38,077 bases of DNA from Patescibacteria group bacterium UBA6017 (GTDB taxonomy: Bacteria > Patescibacteriota > Saccharimonadia > UBA4664). Location of the stretch: positions 1 through 38,077 of the forward strand of contig DIZX01000011.1 in the NCBI GenBank assembly GCA_002429485.1. Reading direction: 5' to 3'. Made by a program: the position numbers and the translations under genes. Under the pieces are notes generated by a model. It was not told the origin of the DNA, made no database searches, and saw only the letters and a program-made list of their open reading frames with translations. Shown one piece after another: positions 1-9,531 of this stretch (position 1 is its first letter; each line of letters starts with the position of its first letter).

Positions 1-93
1 AACGCGCTCAAGCGCCGCGTGATCACCATCAACCGCGGCCGCATCGTCAAAGACGAAGAGCAGGGCCGCTACACCCTCGAAGGCGGCAAGTAA
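1..93 (+). CDS. ftsE: Cell division ATP-binding protein FtsE, 3' end only (partial)
   Basis: Frame 1 reads NALKRRVITINRGRIVKDEEQGRY, the typical FtsE C-terminus; TAATG stop/start overlap with ftsX. Confidence 0.85.
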   Translation, partial: NALKRRVITINRGRIVKDEEQGRYTLEGGK

Positions 94-1007
94 TGATCCA
101 GTTCTGGCGTATCTTAATAGCCGGCATGCGCAACTTCATGCGCAACATGTGGCTTTCCACCGCTGCCACGGCGGTCATGACCGTCACCCTCACACTCATC
201 ATGATCTCGTTCATCTCCAACATGGCCCTTACCGCCACTATCAAGGGCGTCACCGACAAAATCGATGTGTCGATCTTCCTCAATAACACCCTCACCCCGG
301 ATCAGATCAATGGTTTGAAGCAAAACCTGATGAACTCAGGCAACGTTATCAGTCTCAACTACGTCAGTCCCCAGCAGGCGGTGACCAACTACAAGGATCA
401 AAACAAGAATAACCCTCAACTCATCGCCGCCCTAGATCAGGCTGGCGACGCTCTGCCGTCTTCCATCCAGGTCAAAGCCAAAGACCCCAAGCACCTCGAT
501 ATCATTGAGGCCGTCGTAAATCAGCCCGCCAACAAAGCCCTCCTCGATCCCACCGCGCCGCCCAGCTATACCGGCAGCCGCAAAGCCACCATCGATCGGA
601 TCGTCAAATTTGCCAGTTTCTTCAAGGCCCTGGGCCTGATAGCCAGCGCCATCTTCCTGGTGATCTCCACTCTCATCATCTTCAACACCATCCGCATGGC
701 CATCTTCACCCGCCGCGATGAAATCGAGATCATGAAGCTGGTCGGAGCCACCAAATGGTTCATCCGCGGACCATTCATTTTTGAAGCCGCCCTTTATGGG
801 ATAATCGCTGCCGTTATCGCCACTTTACTATCTATGCTCCTGCTATTTGGCGGTGCCACCAGAGTTGCCACCTATATCGATTTCTCTACTACGTTAAACT
901 TTTTCCAAACGTATATCTTCGTAATCATCGCTGCCGAGTTTGCCCTGGGGGTGACCATCGGCGCCGTATCATCACTACTGGCCATGAGCCGCTATCTCAA
1001 GCTTTAA
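93..1007 (+). CDS. ftsX: Cell division permease FtsX
   Basis: 304 aa; N-terminal TM, extracellular loop, IFNTIRMAIFTRRDEIEIMKLVGATKWFIRGPF motif, three C-terminal TMs. Confidence 0.95.
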   Translation: MIQFWRILIAGMRNFMRNMWLSTAATAVMTVTLTLIMISFISNMALTATIKGVTDKIDVSIFLNNTLTPDQINGLKQNLMNSGNVISLNYVSPQQAVTNYKDQNKNNPQLIAALDQAGDALPSSIQVKAKDPKHLDIIEAVVNQPANKALLDPTAPPSYTGSRKATIDRIVKFASFFKALGLIASAIFLVISTLIIFNTIRMAIFTRRDEIEIMKLVGATKWFIRGPFIFEAALYGIIAAVIATLLSMLLLFGGATRVATYIDFSTTLNFFQTYIFVIIAAEFALGVTIGAVSSLLAMSRYLKL

Positions 1008-1090
1008 TTGGTACATCATCCAAATTTAAGCTCGAATTCAGAAACATTATTAGCAAATACATGCACCATCCGGTCAATAGCACAACCGGT

Positions 1091-1120
1091 TTGACAGATA
1101 TTGCGCTTAAGTCTTAGTAT
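1091..1120 (+). promoter_or_regulatory. Sigma70-type promoter for the CHAP hydrolase
   Basis: TTGACA (1091-1096), 18 nt, TAGTAT (1115-1120); GGAGGGG downstream. Confidence 0.55.
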
Positions 1121-1154
1121 GTAGATACCTTGGAGGGGCAAGACTATTCGTAAT

Positions 1155-2243
1155 ATGTTCAACAATCACATACAGACCACAGCCCGCATCTTGCTGGCCG
1201 TAGTGGTCTGTTCTTCATTTAGTGCCGCAGCCTTTGCAGACCAATTCGATGCTCAAATCGCAGCCTTAAGAGTACAAGCTAACTCACAACAAGCCACAGC
1301 CAACCAATTTGCCGCCCAAGCCAACGATTATCAGGCTCGGGTAAATCAACTCAATGCCCAAATTGGGGCCTTGCAGGCACAAATCAATCTCAATCAGGCC
1401 CAGTATAATCAAGTCACAACTCAGATTGCCGTTAACGAAGCCAACTTAGCCGAAAAGAAAGCCACTCTTGGTGCCAACCTAAAGAGTATGTACCTCGATT
1501 CATCGGTAACGCCCCTCATGATGATTGCATCGAGCAACAACTTCAGTGACTACTTCAACCAACAACAATACCAGGACAGCATTAAGGACAAAATCCAAGC
1601 CGCCATGGCCGATATCCTAGCCACTCAAAAGAAACTAGCCATCCAGAAAACCCAAGTCGAAGCCCTATTGGCGCTGCAAAATGGACAGAGGCAGGAACTC
1701 GCCACCGCCAGGGCTGAGGCCAACTCACTCCTCGCTGCCGCCGCCAATAGCGCTGCCGCCGCCAATGCCCAGGTTGCTTCCAGTAATTCTCAAATCTCCA
1801 GCCTCAAAGCACAACAAGCCGCAGCAATCGCAGCGGCCTCGAGACACGTTGGCGGGGGGTCCGGTTGCGGCGGATATCCCGGAGTCTGGTGTAATGCCGC
1901 TCAGGATAGCCTCACTGACGATTGGGGGATGTATAACCGAGAGTGTGTCAGCTACGCTGCCTGGGCTGCTTCCGATCGCGGGCATAATGTCCCATACTGG
2001 GGCGGCCGCGGTAATGCCAAGCAATGGCCTGCGAATGCCGATGCAGCCGGTATCCCTCGAGATAGCAGCCCACGTGTTGGAGATGTCGCAATCTGGATGG
2101 GCGGAACATATGGACACGCCATGATTGTTGAAGAGCTCCATGGGTCCACCGTACGAGTTTCTAGCTTCAACGGCGACAATACCGGCCACTTCTCAATCGA
2201 CGACTGGCCCACATCATCGCTGACCTTCATCCACTTCCGTTAA
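1155..2243 (+). CDS. Secreted coiled-coil + CHAP-domain peptidoglycan hydrolase (PcsB/CwlO-like FtsEX partner)
   Basis: Signal peptide, long Q/A-rich coiled coil, C-terminal RECVSYAAW...GNAKQW...YGHAMIVE (Cys/His CHAP); follows ftsEX. Confidence 0.9.
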   Translation: MFNNHIQTTARILLAVVVCSSFSAAAFADQFDAQIAALRVQANSQQATANQFAAQANDYQARVNQLNAQIGALQAQINLNQAQYNQVTTQIAVNEANLAEKKATLGANLKSMYLDSSVTPLMMIASSNNFSDYFNQQQYQDSIKDKIQAAMADILATQKKLAIQKTQVEALLALQNGQRQELATARAEANSLLAAAANSAAAANAQVASSNSQISSLKAQQAAAIAAASRHVGGGSGCGGYPGVWCNAAQDSLTDDWGMYNRECVSYAAWAASDRGHNVPYWGGRGNAKQWPANADAAGIPRDSSPRVGDVAIWMGGTYGHAMIVEELHGSTVRVSSFNGDNTGHFSIDDWPTSSLTFIHFR

Positions 2244-2244
2244 A

Positions 2245-3453
2245 ATGACCATCAACTCTCTAAAAGAAAGGCTTTTAAGTTTGAAAAAAATTGAGCTCAA
2301 CCCTCTGGTTCTCGGTGCATCTGTCATATTTCTGTCATTGGGCTCGTTCTACGCCGGCAACGCCTTTAGCGGTACGCTGCCGAATCCATTCGTAAAATCC
2401 GTCAACAAGGTCGATTTTTCGAGCCTGAACTCCATTTACGCGCTCATGCAGCGCAACTTCGACGGTAAGATCGACGACCAGAAGGCGCTTGATGGTGCCA
2501 AGGCCGGTCTCGTAGCCGCCGGCGGCGACCCCTACACCGTCTTTATGGACGCCAAATCAGCCAAGCAGCTCGCCGATGATCTCACCGGAAAGCTCTCCGG
2601 GATTGGCGCCGAAATTGGCATTAAAAATAATATTCTCACCGTCATCGCGCCCATCTCCGATACTCCGGCCGACAAGGCGGGCCTTAAGCCCGGCGACCTC
2701 ATCGCCAAGATCAACAACGAAGACACCACTAATATGAGTGTGGAAACCGCCGTCTCCAAGATTCGCGGCGACGCCGGCACCAAGGTCACACTCAAGCTCA
2801 TACGCACCGGCACCCCGGATCCGTTCGATGTCACGATCACCCGGGCCGCCATCACTGTCCCTAGCGTGAAATCCAGCCTCAAGAACGGCAATGTAGCCTA
2901 TATCAACATCACCCGCTTCGGGCCCGACACCGCCGACCTCGTAAATCAGGCTGCTACCTCACTCAAAGCCCAGGGTGCCACCAAAGTCATTCTCGACCTG
3001 CGTAACGACCCGGGCGGCTATTTAGACGCCGGCGTCGCCGTAGCCAGCCAGTTCCTCGACAGCGGCAAGCTGGTGGTCGAAGAGCGCACCAACGGCAAGA
3101 GCACCAATAAGCTCAATGCAGCAGGCGGGGGATTGCTCAAGGGCATGCCCACCATCGTGCTCATCAACAGCGGCTCAGCAAGCGCATCAGAAATCGTCGC
3201 CGGAGCGTTGCACGACAACAAGGTCGCCCAGCTTGTAGGCGAGAAGAGTTTCGGCAAAGGCAGCGTCCAGGAGATCAAGAACCTGCCCGACGGCGCCCAG
3301 CTCAAAGTCACCGTAGCGCACTGGTACACTCCGGGCGGCGTCAACATCAACAAAGAAGGGATTAAGCCCGATGTTGAAGTCAAACTCGTCACCGCGGACT
3401 TCAACGCCAGCCGTGACCCGCAACTAGATAAAGCTCTGGATATGCTCAAGTAG
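2245..3453 (+). CDS. ctpA: S41 family carboxyl-terminal processing protease (PDZ + peptidase)
   Basis: GDPYT, GIGAEI PDZ motif, LDLRNDPGG, SASASEIVAGAL, GEKSFGKGSVQ, GIKPDV. Confidence 0.93.
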   Translation: MTINSLKERLLSLKKIELNPLVLGASVIFLSLGSFYAGNAFSGTLPNPFVKSVNKVDFSSLNSIYALMQRNFDGKIDDQKALDGAKAGLVAAGGDPYTVFMDAKSAKQLADDLTGKLSGIGAEIGIKNNILTVIAPISDTPADKAGLKPGDLIAKINNEDTTNMSVETAVSKIRGDAGTKVTLKLIRTGTPDPFDVTITRAAITVPSVKSSLKNGNVAYINITRFGPDTADLVNQAATSLKAQGATKVILDLRNDPGGYLDAGVAVASQFLDSGKLVVEERTNGKSTNKLNAAGGGLLKGMPTIVLINSGSASASEIVAGALHDNKVAQLVGEKSFGKGSVQEIKNLPDGAQLKVTVAHWYTPGGVNINKEGIKPDVEVKLVTADFNASRDPQLDKALDMLK

Positions 3454-3523
3454 CTCGACAGAGCTTAAGTTGTATGCCATAGTACTGGTTGTCGAATAAT
3501 ATTCATCCAGAAGGGGACTGGCT

Positions 3524-4225
3524 ATGAATCGTCTTGTCCGCTCAACCATACGGCTTTGGGCCACCGTCATGCACTGGTGGCTCATCGTGCTCGACTTTGA
3601 CCGGACCCTGTTTGATACGGCGCAGTATTACCATGACTTTCTGGAGATGATCTCGAATGTCTACGGACAATCCGTCGCAGCAGGCCTGAAGCAGGCCGAG
3701 AAAGACCAGGAGCACTTCGACCCGTTCGCGTACCTCGAAGGACTCAGGGACCTCAACATCAGTTACGACTCCCTCGCCACTGATTTCGATACCTTCCTGG
3801 GCAACAAGTACCCGAATGGGCACGACTACCTGTTCGATGGAGCCTACGACCTCGTGGAGCACCTCAGCAAGCGGCAACGCGCCTACGTCGTGATCATCAC
3901 CACCGGTTCCGAGCAGTCACAGCACTTCAAACTCCGGCTAGCTCCCATACTGATGGCGCTGCCTCACCGGATAATCTCCGAAAACAAAGGTGAGGTCCTG
4001 CAAGCTGAATTCACGAAATCCGGCGCGATCACCATCGATGGCCGACGGTTCGACCGATTCGTCCTGGTGGACGACAAGGCGAGTGCGCTCACTCCGCTGG
4101 CGCCTCACCGCAGCTGGGTCCTCATCCAGATCCTTCGCGCGGAAGCCAAATACCAGGCACGAAGCAACCGGCACGACATCAAGGTGATCACTCACCTCAA
4201 AGAGGTCATAAAGCTGCTCGTGTAG
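3524..4225 (+). CDS. HAD-superfamily hydrolase
   Basis: Motif I LDFDRTLFD, motif II IITTG, motif IV LVDDK; AGAAGGGG RBS. Confidence 0.75.
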   Translation: MNRLVRSTIRLWATVMHWWLIVLDFDRTLFDTAQYYHDFLEMISNVYGQSVAAGLKQAEKDQEHFDPFAYLEGLRDLNISYDSLATDFDTFLGNKYPNGHDYLFDGAYDLVEHLSKRQRAYVVIITTGSEQSQHFKLRLAPILMALPHRIISENKGEVLQAEFTKSGAITIDGRRFDRFVLVDDKASALTPLAPHRSWVLIQILRAEAKYQARSNRHDIKVITHLKEVIKLLV

Positions 4226-4245
4226 CAGCCGACCACCCGCCCCCC

Positions 4246-4276
4246 GAGGCGTCCGAGCACAAGACTCGGGCGCCTC
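4246..4276 (+). terminator. GC-rich hairpin after the HAD gene (no U-tract)
   Basis: GAGGCGTCCGAG-cacaaga-CTCGGGCGCCTC, 12-bp stem with one G-U. Confidence 0.55.
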
Positions 4277-4387
4277 AAAGCATGTTAAGTAGCATAAATG
4301 TTTTGCTTGCCTCTATTGAATCTCTCAGGTATTATCAGAACTAATTGTTGTAATACCGATCAACCGTGTGTGTTGGGAAGGATGCGT

Positions 4388-6040
4388 GTGGCCATCAAAA
4401 GCCAGACAAAGTATATATTTGTTACTGGGGGCGTTCTTTCCGGACTAGGGAAAGGCATAACCGCAGCTTCTATAGGTACCATCCTTAAAGCTCGCGGTTT
4501 TTCTGTGAATATTCAAAAATGCGATCCGTACCTTAACACCGACGCCGGAACCATGAATCCTGCCGAGCACGGAGAAGTCTTCGTCACCAAAGACGGCGCC
4601 GAGACGGATCTGGACCTCGGCCACTACGAGCGGTTCCTCGACGAAGAAGTCGGCCGCCTGAGCTCACTCATGAACGGCCGCATCTATGCCAACGTCCTGG
4701 CCGACGAACGAGCAGGGAAATACCTCGGTAAGACCGTACAGATCATCCCTCATATCACCGGCGAGATCGTCAAGCGAATCATTGAGGCCAGCCAAGGCTT
4801 CGACTTCCACATCGTTGAGATTGGCGGCACGGTAGGGGATATCGAATCTTTGGCGTTTCTGGAGGCTATCCGCCAATTGCGCAACCGGGTTGGCAGGGAG
4901 AACACCTTATACGTCCACGTAGTTTACCTACCGTATCTGGAAGCCTCTCACGAGATCAAGACCAAACCGGCTCAAAACGCCGTGCGCGACCTGCGCGAGG
5001 CCGGCATCCGCCCCGACGTTATCGTCGCCCGAGCCGAACACCCCGTTAGTCACAACATTTTACAAAAACTCAGCTCGTTCTGCGATGTTGATCTGGCCGG
5101 TATCGTCCCGATGCAGACGGTCAAAACGGTCTATGAAGTGCCATTGCTCCTCGAGGAGGCCGGCATCGGCAACTACATCACCAAGCGGCTCGGCTTAAAA
5201 ACCCGCCGCGCCAAATTGGCCGACTGGAACCGCCTGGTGAACCTCATTAAGCACCCGGATCATCGCTCGCTCAAGATCGGTGTCGTTGCCAAATACATGG
5301 AAAATGAAGATACCTACCTGAGTGTCTTCGAGGCCATCAAGTCAGCTGGTTGGGCGAACCGTATTCGTCCCGAAATCTGCTGGATTAACGCCGAAAAGAT
5401 CGAGGCCGATCCTGGCCTGCTCAAAGGCTACGACGGTCTCGTGGTACCGGGGGGATTTGGCAGTCGCGGGGTCGAAGGCAAAATTCTCGCTGGCCGCTAC
5501 GCTATGGATCACAATATCCCGTATCTCGGATTATGCCTCGGTATGCAAACGGCCGTTATTGCTCTCGCCCGCAAAGCCGGCCTCGAAGGCGCCAACAGTA
5601 CCGAAGTCGACCCGCACACCCCGCACCCCGTCATTGATATTATGGCCGATCAAAAAGATGTCACCGAAAAGGGCGGCACCATGCGTCTCGGCAATTACCC
5701 CTGCGTGATTACGAAAAACACCCATTCGAGCAAGGCATACAACGTAAAACAGATTCAAGAACGTCACCGTCACCGCTACGAATTCAACAATAGCTACCGC
5801 GATCAACTGACTGCAGCCGGGCTGATTATCGCCGGGCAATCACCCGATAAACACCTCGTTGAAATCGTTGAGATAGCCGACCACCCTTACTTTGTGGCCA
5901 GCCAGTTTCACCCCGAATTTAAATCTCGGCCCAGTCGGCCGCACCCGTTGTTTGACGGTTTCCTCAAGGCAGCCGCCGGAGAAGCTCACAGCAAAGAGAC
6001 TACCCACGAACCGGTCAAACGTAGTATAGTCGAGCTATGA
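4388..6040 (+). CDS. pyrG: CTP synthase
   Basis: KYIFVTGGVLSGLGKG, DPYLNTDAGTMNP, GLCLGMQ, ERHRHRYEFN, SQFHPEF; start placed at GTG 4388 after GGAAGG (ATG 4382 alternative). Confidence 0.97.
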   Translation: MAIKSQTKYIFVTGGVLSGLGKGITAASIGTILKARGFSVNIQKCDPYLNTDAGTMNPAEHGEVFVTKDGAETDLDLGHYERFLDEEVGRLSSLMNGRIYANVLADERAGKYLGKTVQIIPHITGEIVKRIIEASQGFDFHIVEIGGTVGDIESLAFLEAIRQLRNRVGRENTLYVHVVYLPYLEASHEIKTKPAQNAVRDLREAGIRPDVIVARAEHPVSHNILQKLSSFCDVDLAGIVPMQTVKTVYEVPLLLEEAGIGNYITKRLGLKTRRAKLADWNRLVNLIKHPDHRSLKIGVVAKYMENEDTYLSVFEAIKSAGWANRIRPEICWINAEKIEADPGLLKGYDGLVVPGGFGSRGVEGKILAGRYAMDHNIPYLGLCLGMQTAVIALARKAGLEGANSTEVDPHTPHPVIDIMADQKDVTEKGGTMRLGNYPCVITKNTHSSKAYNVKQIQERHRHRYEFNNSYRDQLTAAGLIIAGQSPDKHLVEIVEIADHPYFVASQFHPEFKSRPSRPHPLFDGFLKAAAGEAHSKETTHEPVKRSIVEL

Positions 6041-6438
6041 ACACCAAAAAGGCTCGAATCCTGCTCGTCGAAGATGATTTAGCGCTTGCTACCGCTTATA
6101 GAGTGCGCATGGAGGCTGAGGGATTCGACGTTCTTCATTGTCCCGACGGCGAAGAAGCTTTGGCATCAGCCACCAGCTATCACCCCGACCTTATTCTCCT
6201 CGATATCATGATGCCGAAAATTTCTGGTTTCGATGTCCTCGACATTTTGCGCAATACCAAAGAAACTTCTCACACTAAGATCATTATTCTCACGGCGCTG
6301 TCACAGCCATCTGACCGCCAGCGAGCCAAAGACCTGGGCGCCGACGAGTTCCTGGTAAAATCCCAAGCAGTCGTGGCCGACGTCATGAAGCGCATTCGCT
6401 TCCACCTCGGCATCAAAGAGCCGCTTCCCGCCGAATAG
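6037..6438 (+). CDS. Single-domain response regulator (receiver only)
   Basis: ILLVEDD, LILLDIMMP phospho-Asp, ILTAL, FLVK; ATGA overlap with pyrG. Confidence 0.9.
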   Translation: MNTKKARILLVEDDLALATAYRVRMEAEGFDVLHCPDGEEALASATSYHPDLILLDIMMPKISGFDVLDILRNTKETSHTKIIILTALSQPSDRQRAKDLGADEFLVKSQAVVADVMKRIRFHLGIKEPLPAE

Positions 6439-6447
6439 CTTTCAATC

Positions 6448-6479
6448 AAAAAGGCCCCTCAATTACGAGGGGCTTTTTT
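6448..6479. terminator. Bidirectional intrinsic terminator between convergent genes
   Basis: aaaaa-g-GCCCCTC-aattac-GAGGGGC-tttttt. Confidence 0.85.
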
Positions 6480-6491
6480 AGATGTTTCAGA

Positions 6492-6779
6492 CTAAGACGA
6501 TTTTTGGTCGACTACCGAAACGTAAGTACGGCGAACTCGAGCACCGGTAAACTTCTCAATTTTCTTGGTGGAGTACTGTACGAACCCATCAACCAGGGCA
6601 AACAGAGTGTGGTCGCGACCGACACCCACGCCGACACCGGCTTCCATGCGCGTTCCGCGCTGACGTACCAGGATACCACCCGAACGGACGAACTGGTCGC
6701 CGAACAGCTTTACGCCGAGTCGCTTTGATTCACTATCGCGGCCAGTCTTGACTGAGCCGCCAGCTTTTGTATGTGACAT
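6492..6779 (-). CDS. rpmA: 50S ribosomal protein L27
   Basis: [24 protein letters not shown]...ILVRQRGT...GRDHTLFAL. Confidence 0.97.
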   Translation of the reverse strand: MSHTKAGGSVKTGRDSESKRLGVKLFGDQFVRSGGILVRQRGTRMEAGVGVGVGRDHTLFALVDGFVQYSTKKIEKFTGARVRRTYVSVVDQKSS

Positions 6780-6782
6780 AGT

Positions 6783-7925
6783 TTAGTTCTTCCTCAATAA
6801 CAATAATTGCCGTCCGACGACTTGATCCGCGCGAGCATAAAGCAATGGGGCGGATACCCCACGAAAACTCTTAAGAGTGTAGCCTAAACGAGGCAATTCG
6901 TCAATCAAACCCAGATAGTGCCAAACTTTGCCGATATGCCAGGCCGGCACACAGATACTCACCTCGGCGCCGGACGGCAATTGAGCTGCCCAACTTTTCA
7001 ATGCCTCCATATAAAGCGGCTGCAGCTCCCGCCGAATTGAGGTCAGCTCAGCTGGCGTGGGCGCGTGAATCAGATTTGGCCCCAGATAGCCCTCACTCAC
7101 CACCGCGCAACCCCTGGGCAGCACGACCTGACGGGCATCCGCCAGATCTGCCTGCCACTTCGGCAGCTTTTGCGATACTTGGTGCCCCAACCATTCCAGA
7201 TTTATACGGGTGGCCGTCACCATCTCGTCCGACAGATCTGATCCACTTGCGGTTCGACCCAGCAGCAATGCCTCCTGAGGAATCACTCCGGTGCCGCAAA
7301 ACGGATCATACACGGTCTGAGCCTGCACCGAGTTCACGAGTATCTGAGCCAGCTTGGGCGGCAGCATTCCTACCTTGGCGCTGCGGACGGGGCGATCATA
7401 ATCGCGCCTCGAATACCAATCGATATCCTGGACTCCCAACGTACGCGCAATCACCATCTCGCTGCGGCTTGCCACCACCAGCAGCTCAAACCCATCTTCG
7501 ATTACGCGGTTATGGTGCAGCTCGGCGGCTGACACCGCCAGCCCCTTGGACGCCATCACCAGCCGCACCGAACCGTTGCCACGGGCCCGCAAGCTCTTTT
7601 TGAGCTCAAGCCCTGCCGCCATCAGCATCTTGGGGGTATCTTTGAAGCCGTAGGCGCTGATCGCAAACGGCGTTTTGCCCTCAGACCGCATCGGCAACTC
7701 AGCCACATCTATCGGCAGGTTGCGCAGCGATGTCAGCGGGCCGCGATAAAGGACCTCTGCGACCTTCATGGCGCCGCCCAGACGGTCTGCGTGCACGGCT
7801 TCGGCTATCAGCGCGGCCTGGCGTCCAAACACCTCAACCTGCTCTGCGCCAAGCACACTTTCAAGCTCCACCAGCCCGAGCTCCGGCTGCCGACCCAATA
7901 TTGCAATGTATTCTTGATTTTTCAT
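6783..7925 (-). CDS. Trm11-like SAM-dependent (probably RNA) methyltransferase
   Basis: GMLPPKLAQILVN, VYDPFCGTG motif I, ILGRQPEL N-terminus. Confidence 0.75.
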   Translation of the reverse strand: MKNQEYIAILGRQPELGLVELESVLGAEQVEVFGRQAALIAEAVHADRLGGAMKVAEVLYRGPLTSLRNLPIDVAELPMRSEGKTPFAISAYGFKDTPKMLMAAGLELKKSLRARGNGSVRLVMASKGLAVSAAELHHNRVIEDGFELLVVASRSEMVIARTLGVQDIDWYSRRDYDRPVRSAKVGMLPPKLAQILVNSVQAQTVYDPFCGTGVIPQEALLLGRTASGSDLSDEMVTATRINLEWLGHQVSQKLPKWQADLADARQVVLPRGCAVVSEGYLGPNLIHAPTPAELTSIRRELQPLYMEALKSWAAQLPSGAEVSICVPAWHIGKVWHYLGLIDELPRLGYTLKSFRGVSAPLLYARADQVVGRQLLLLRKN

Positions 7926-7960
7926 AATACCCGTGTAAAAAATTATAATTACTAAACTTT

Positions 7961-7994
7961 CTGAGAGGGCGGGGGATCAACCCCGCCCTCTCAG
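7961..7994 (-). terminator. Hairpin downstream of the PIN-PhoH gene
   Basis: Perfect 14-bp stem CTGAGAGGGCGGGG-gatcaa-CCCCGCCCTCTCAG, 14 nt past the stop at 8009. Confidence 0.65.
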
Positions 7995-8008
7995 GCCTCA
8001 CCCTGCAG

Positions 8009-9366
8009 CTACTGCCGATCCATGAGGGAATTGAAACCGCCCTCGTGCTTGTCGAAATCGCCGCGGTACGGACGCTTTTGCGGCAACTCGTCGCGCAGTA
8101 TGCTCGCAGCCGAAGCTGCAATTGGAGACCTGACCGCATCCACCAGCTCAACATGCCCGAACAGGGGATTACCGCGGTACTCCTCCACTATGGCAGCGAT
8201 ACCGTCATGCCTGCCGACGCGGGGGTTGTCGCGCTGATCGACATCGTGCGTGAAGACGATTCTCGATCCCTGACCAATCCTTTCGATTAGCCCAGTAACA
8301 CAACACGCTCGAATGACTGGGCTTCGTCCACGATCACAAAACTGTCGTAGTACGTTCGCCCCCTGGCGTGCGTCACCGGGATGATCTCCAGGCCACCGGT
8401 CCTGACAGTCCCTTCGATCTGCGTTACATTCGCAACGCTGTCGTATACCGCTTGGGCCCACGGCTCCATTTTTTCCGCCTGAGTACCAGGCAGATAGCCG
8501 AGATCCGCTCGCCCCACCGGGTCGATGGGACGAATCACGATGATCTTCTTGGCCTGATCATTCTGAATGGCATGAAGTCCAGCGAGTACTGCCATTGCGG
8601 TTTTCCCGGTACCTGCCCTGCCGCCGAGCGAGACGATTCCAATCTCCGAGTCGCGCAGCAGATCAATCGCCAACAGTTGCTCGGGATTACGACCGGTAAA
8701 CTTGTTAGCCAAGGGCTGGAGTCCCACTCGTCTTACAAGACCGTTTCTCCCAAGCCGAGTCAACACCGCCGTTCCGTCAGGAATGACCATGTTGAAGCCC
8801 GTGTTCACTGGCACCTCATCACAGGGCGTGATCTGGCAACGACCTTCCTCGACGGCCGCCAGAGTCGCATCGCCAACATGGACCGTTTCTATCCCGGTCC
8901 AGACGGTATCCGCCTGGATCTGTCGATAATCCTCCACATTGATTCCAAGCGAGGACGCCATGAGGCGAGTTGCCAGGTCCTTTGAGACCAGGGTGACGTT
9001 GACGTTCTTGTCTTCCTCCTTCAGGTTGTGTGCCACAAGCAGGATGCGCGACATGTCGTCAGTCCCGAAACCAGGCGGCAGTTTGCCGGATGCAACGTGA
9101 TTGGTCTCCACTCTGAGCGTCCCACCGATGTCATTCAACGGAATGTCCGCGTTGAGGTGCCCGCGATCCTCACGCAAGCTATCGAGCTGCGCTAGAGCAG
9201 CGAAGGCCCGTCCGCTGACCTCAGGATCATGAAGCTTAGCCTTGAGCTGCGGGATGACGAAGAGTGGCACTACCACGCGATGTTCTTCGAACCTGTAAAA
9301 CGCTCGAGTGTCCGCGAGCAAAACCGACGAATCAATCACGTAAGTTCTGCGGGCTTCATTACTCAT
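8009..9366 (-). pseudogene. phoH: PIN-PhoH (PhoH2-type) RNase/ATPase interrupted by a 1-nt frameshift at about 8291
   Basis: N-terminal part has RRTYVIDSSVLL (PIN), GRAGTGKT Walker A, LGYLPG, RGRT, IVDEAQ; C-terminal part RIGQGSRIVFTHDVDQRDN...RSPIA continues in another frame; one extra base at the GGG (8291-8293) would give a 452-aa ORF. May be a sequencing error. Confidence 0.85.
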
Positions 9367-9438
9367 GATGTGCCTCTCTAAACGGGGTACGAGGGATATT
9401 TTGTCGATGATCACGGCTTTATAGGCCGCATAAGATAT

Positions 9439-9467
9439 ACGATATAACATTTTACGGTATCAGTCAA
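9439..9467 (-). promoter_or_regulatory. Putative promoter of phoH
   Basis: Minus strand TTGACT, 17 nt, TATCGT. Confidence 0.5.
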
Positions 9468-9495
9468 AAAACTGAATCTAACAACAACACACATA

Positions 9496-9525
9496 TTGAC
9501 AACCAAATATTCAATTCCATAAGAT
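9496..9525 (+). promoter_or_regulatory. Putative promoter firing into a region with no credible ORF
   Basis: TTGACA (9496-9501), 18 nt, TAAGAT (9520-9525). Confidence 0.5.
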
Positions 9526-9531
9526 ATAGCT

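Noticed and set aside
9421-9450. GCCGCATAA-GATATA half-site resembling dif
   Set aside because: The right arm matches neither a XerD arm nor the left arm; better explained as a promoter-associated repeat
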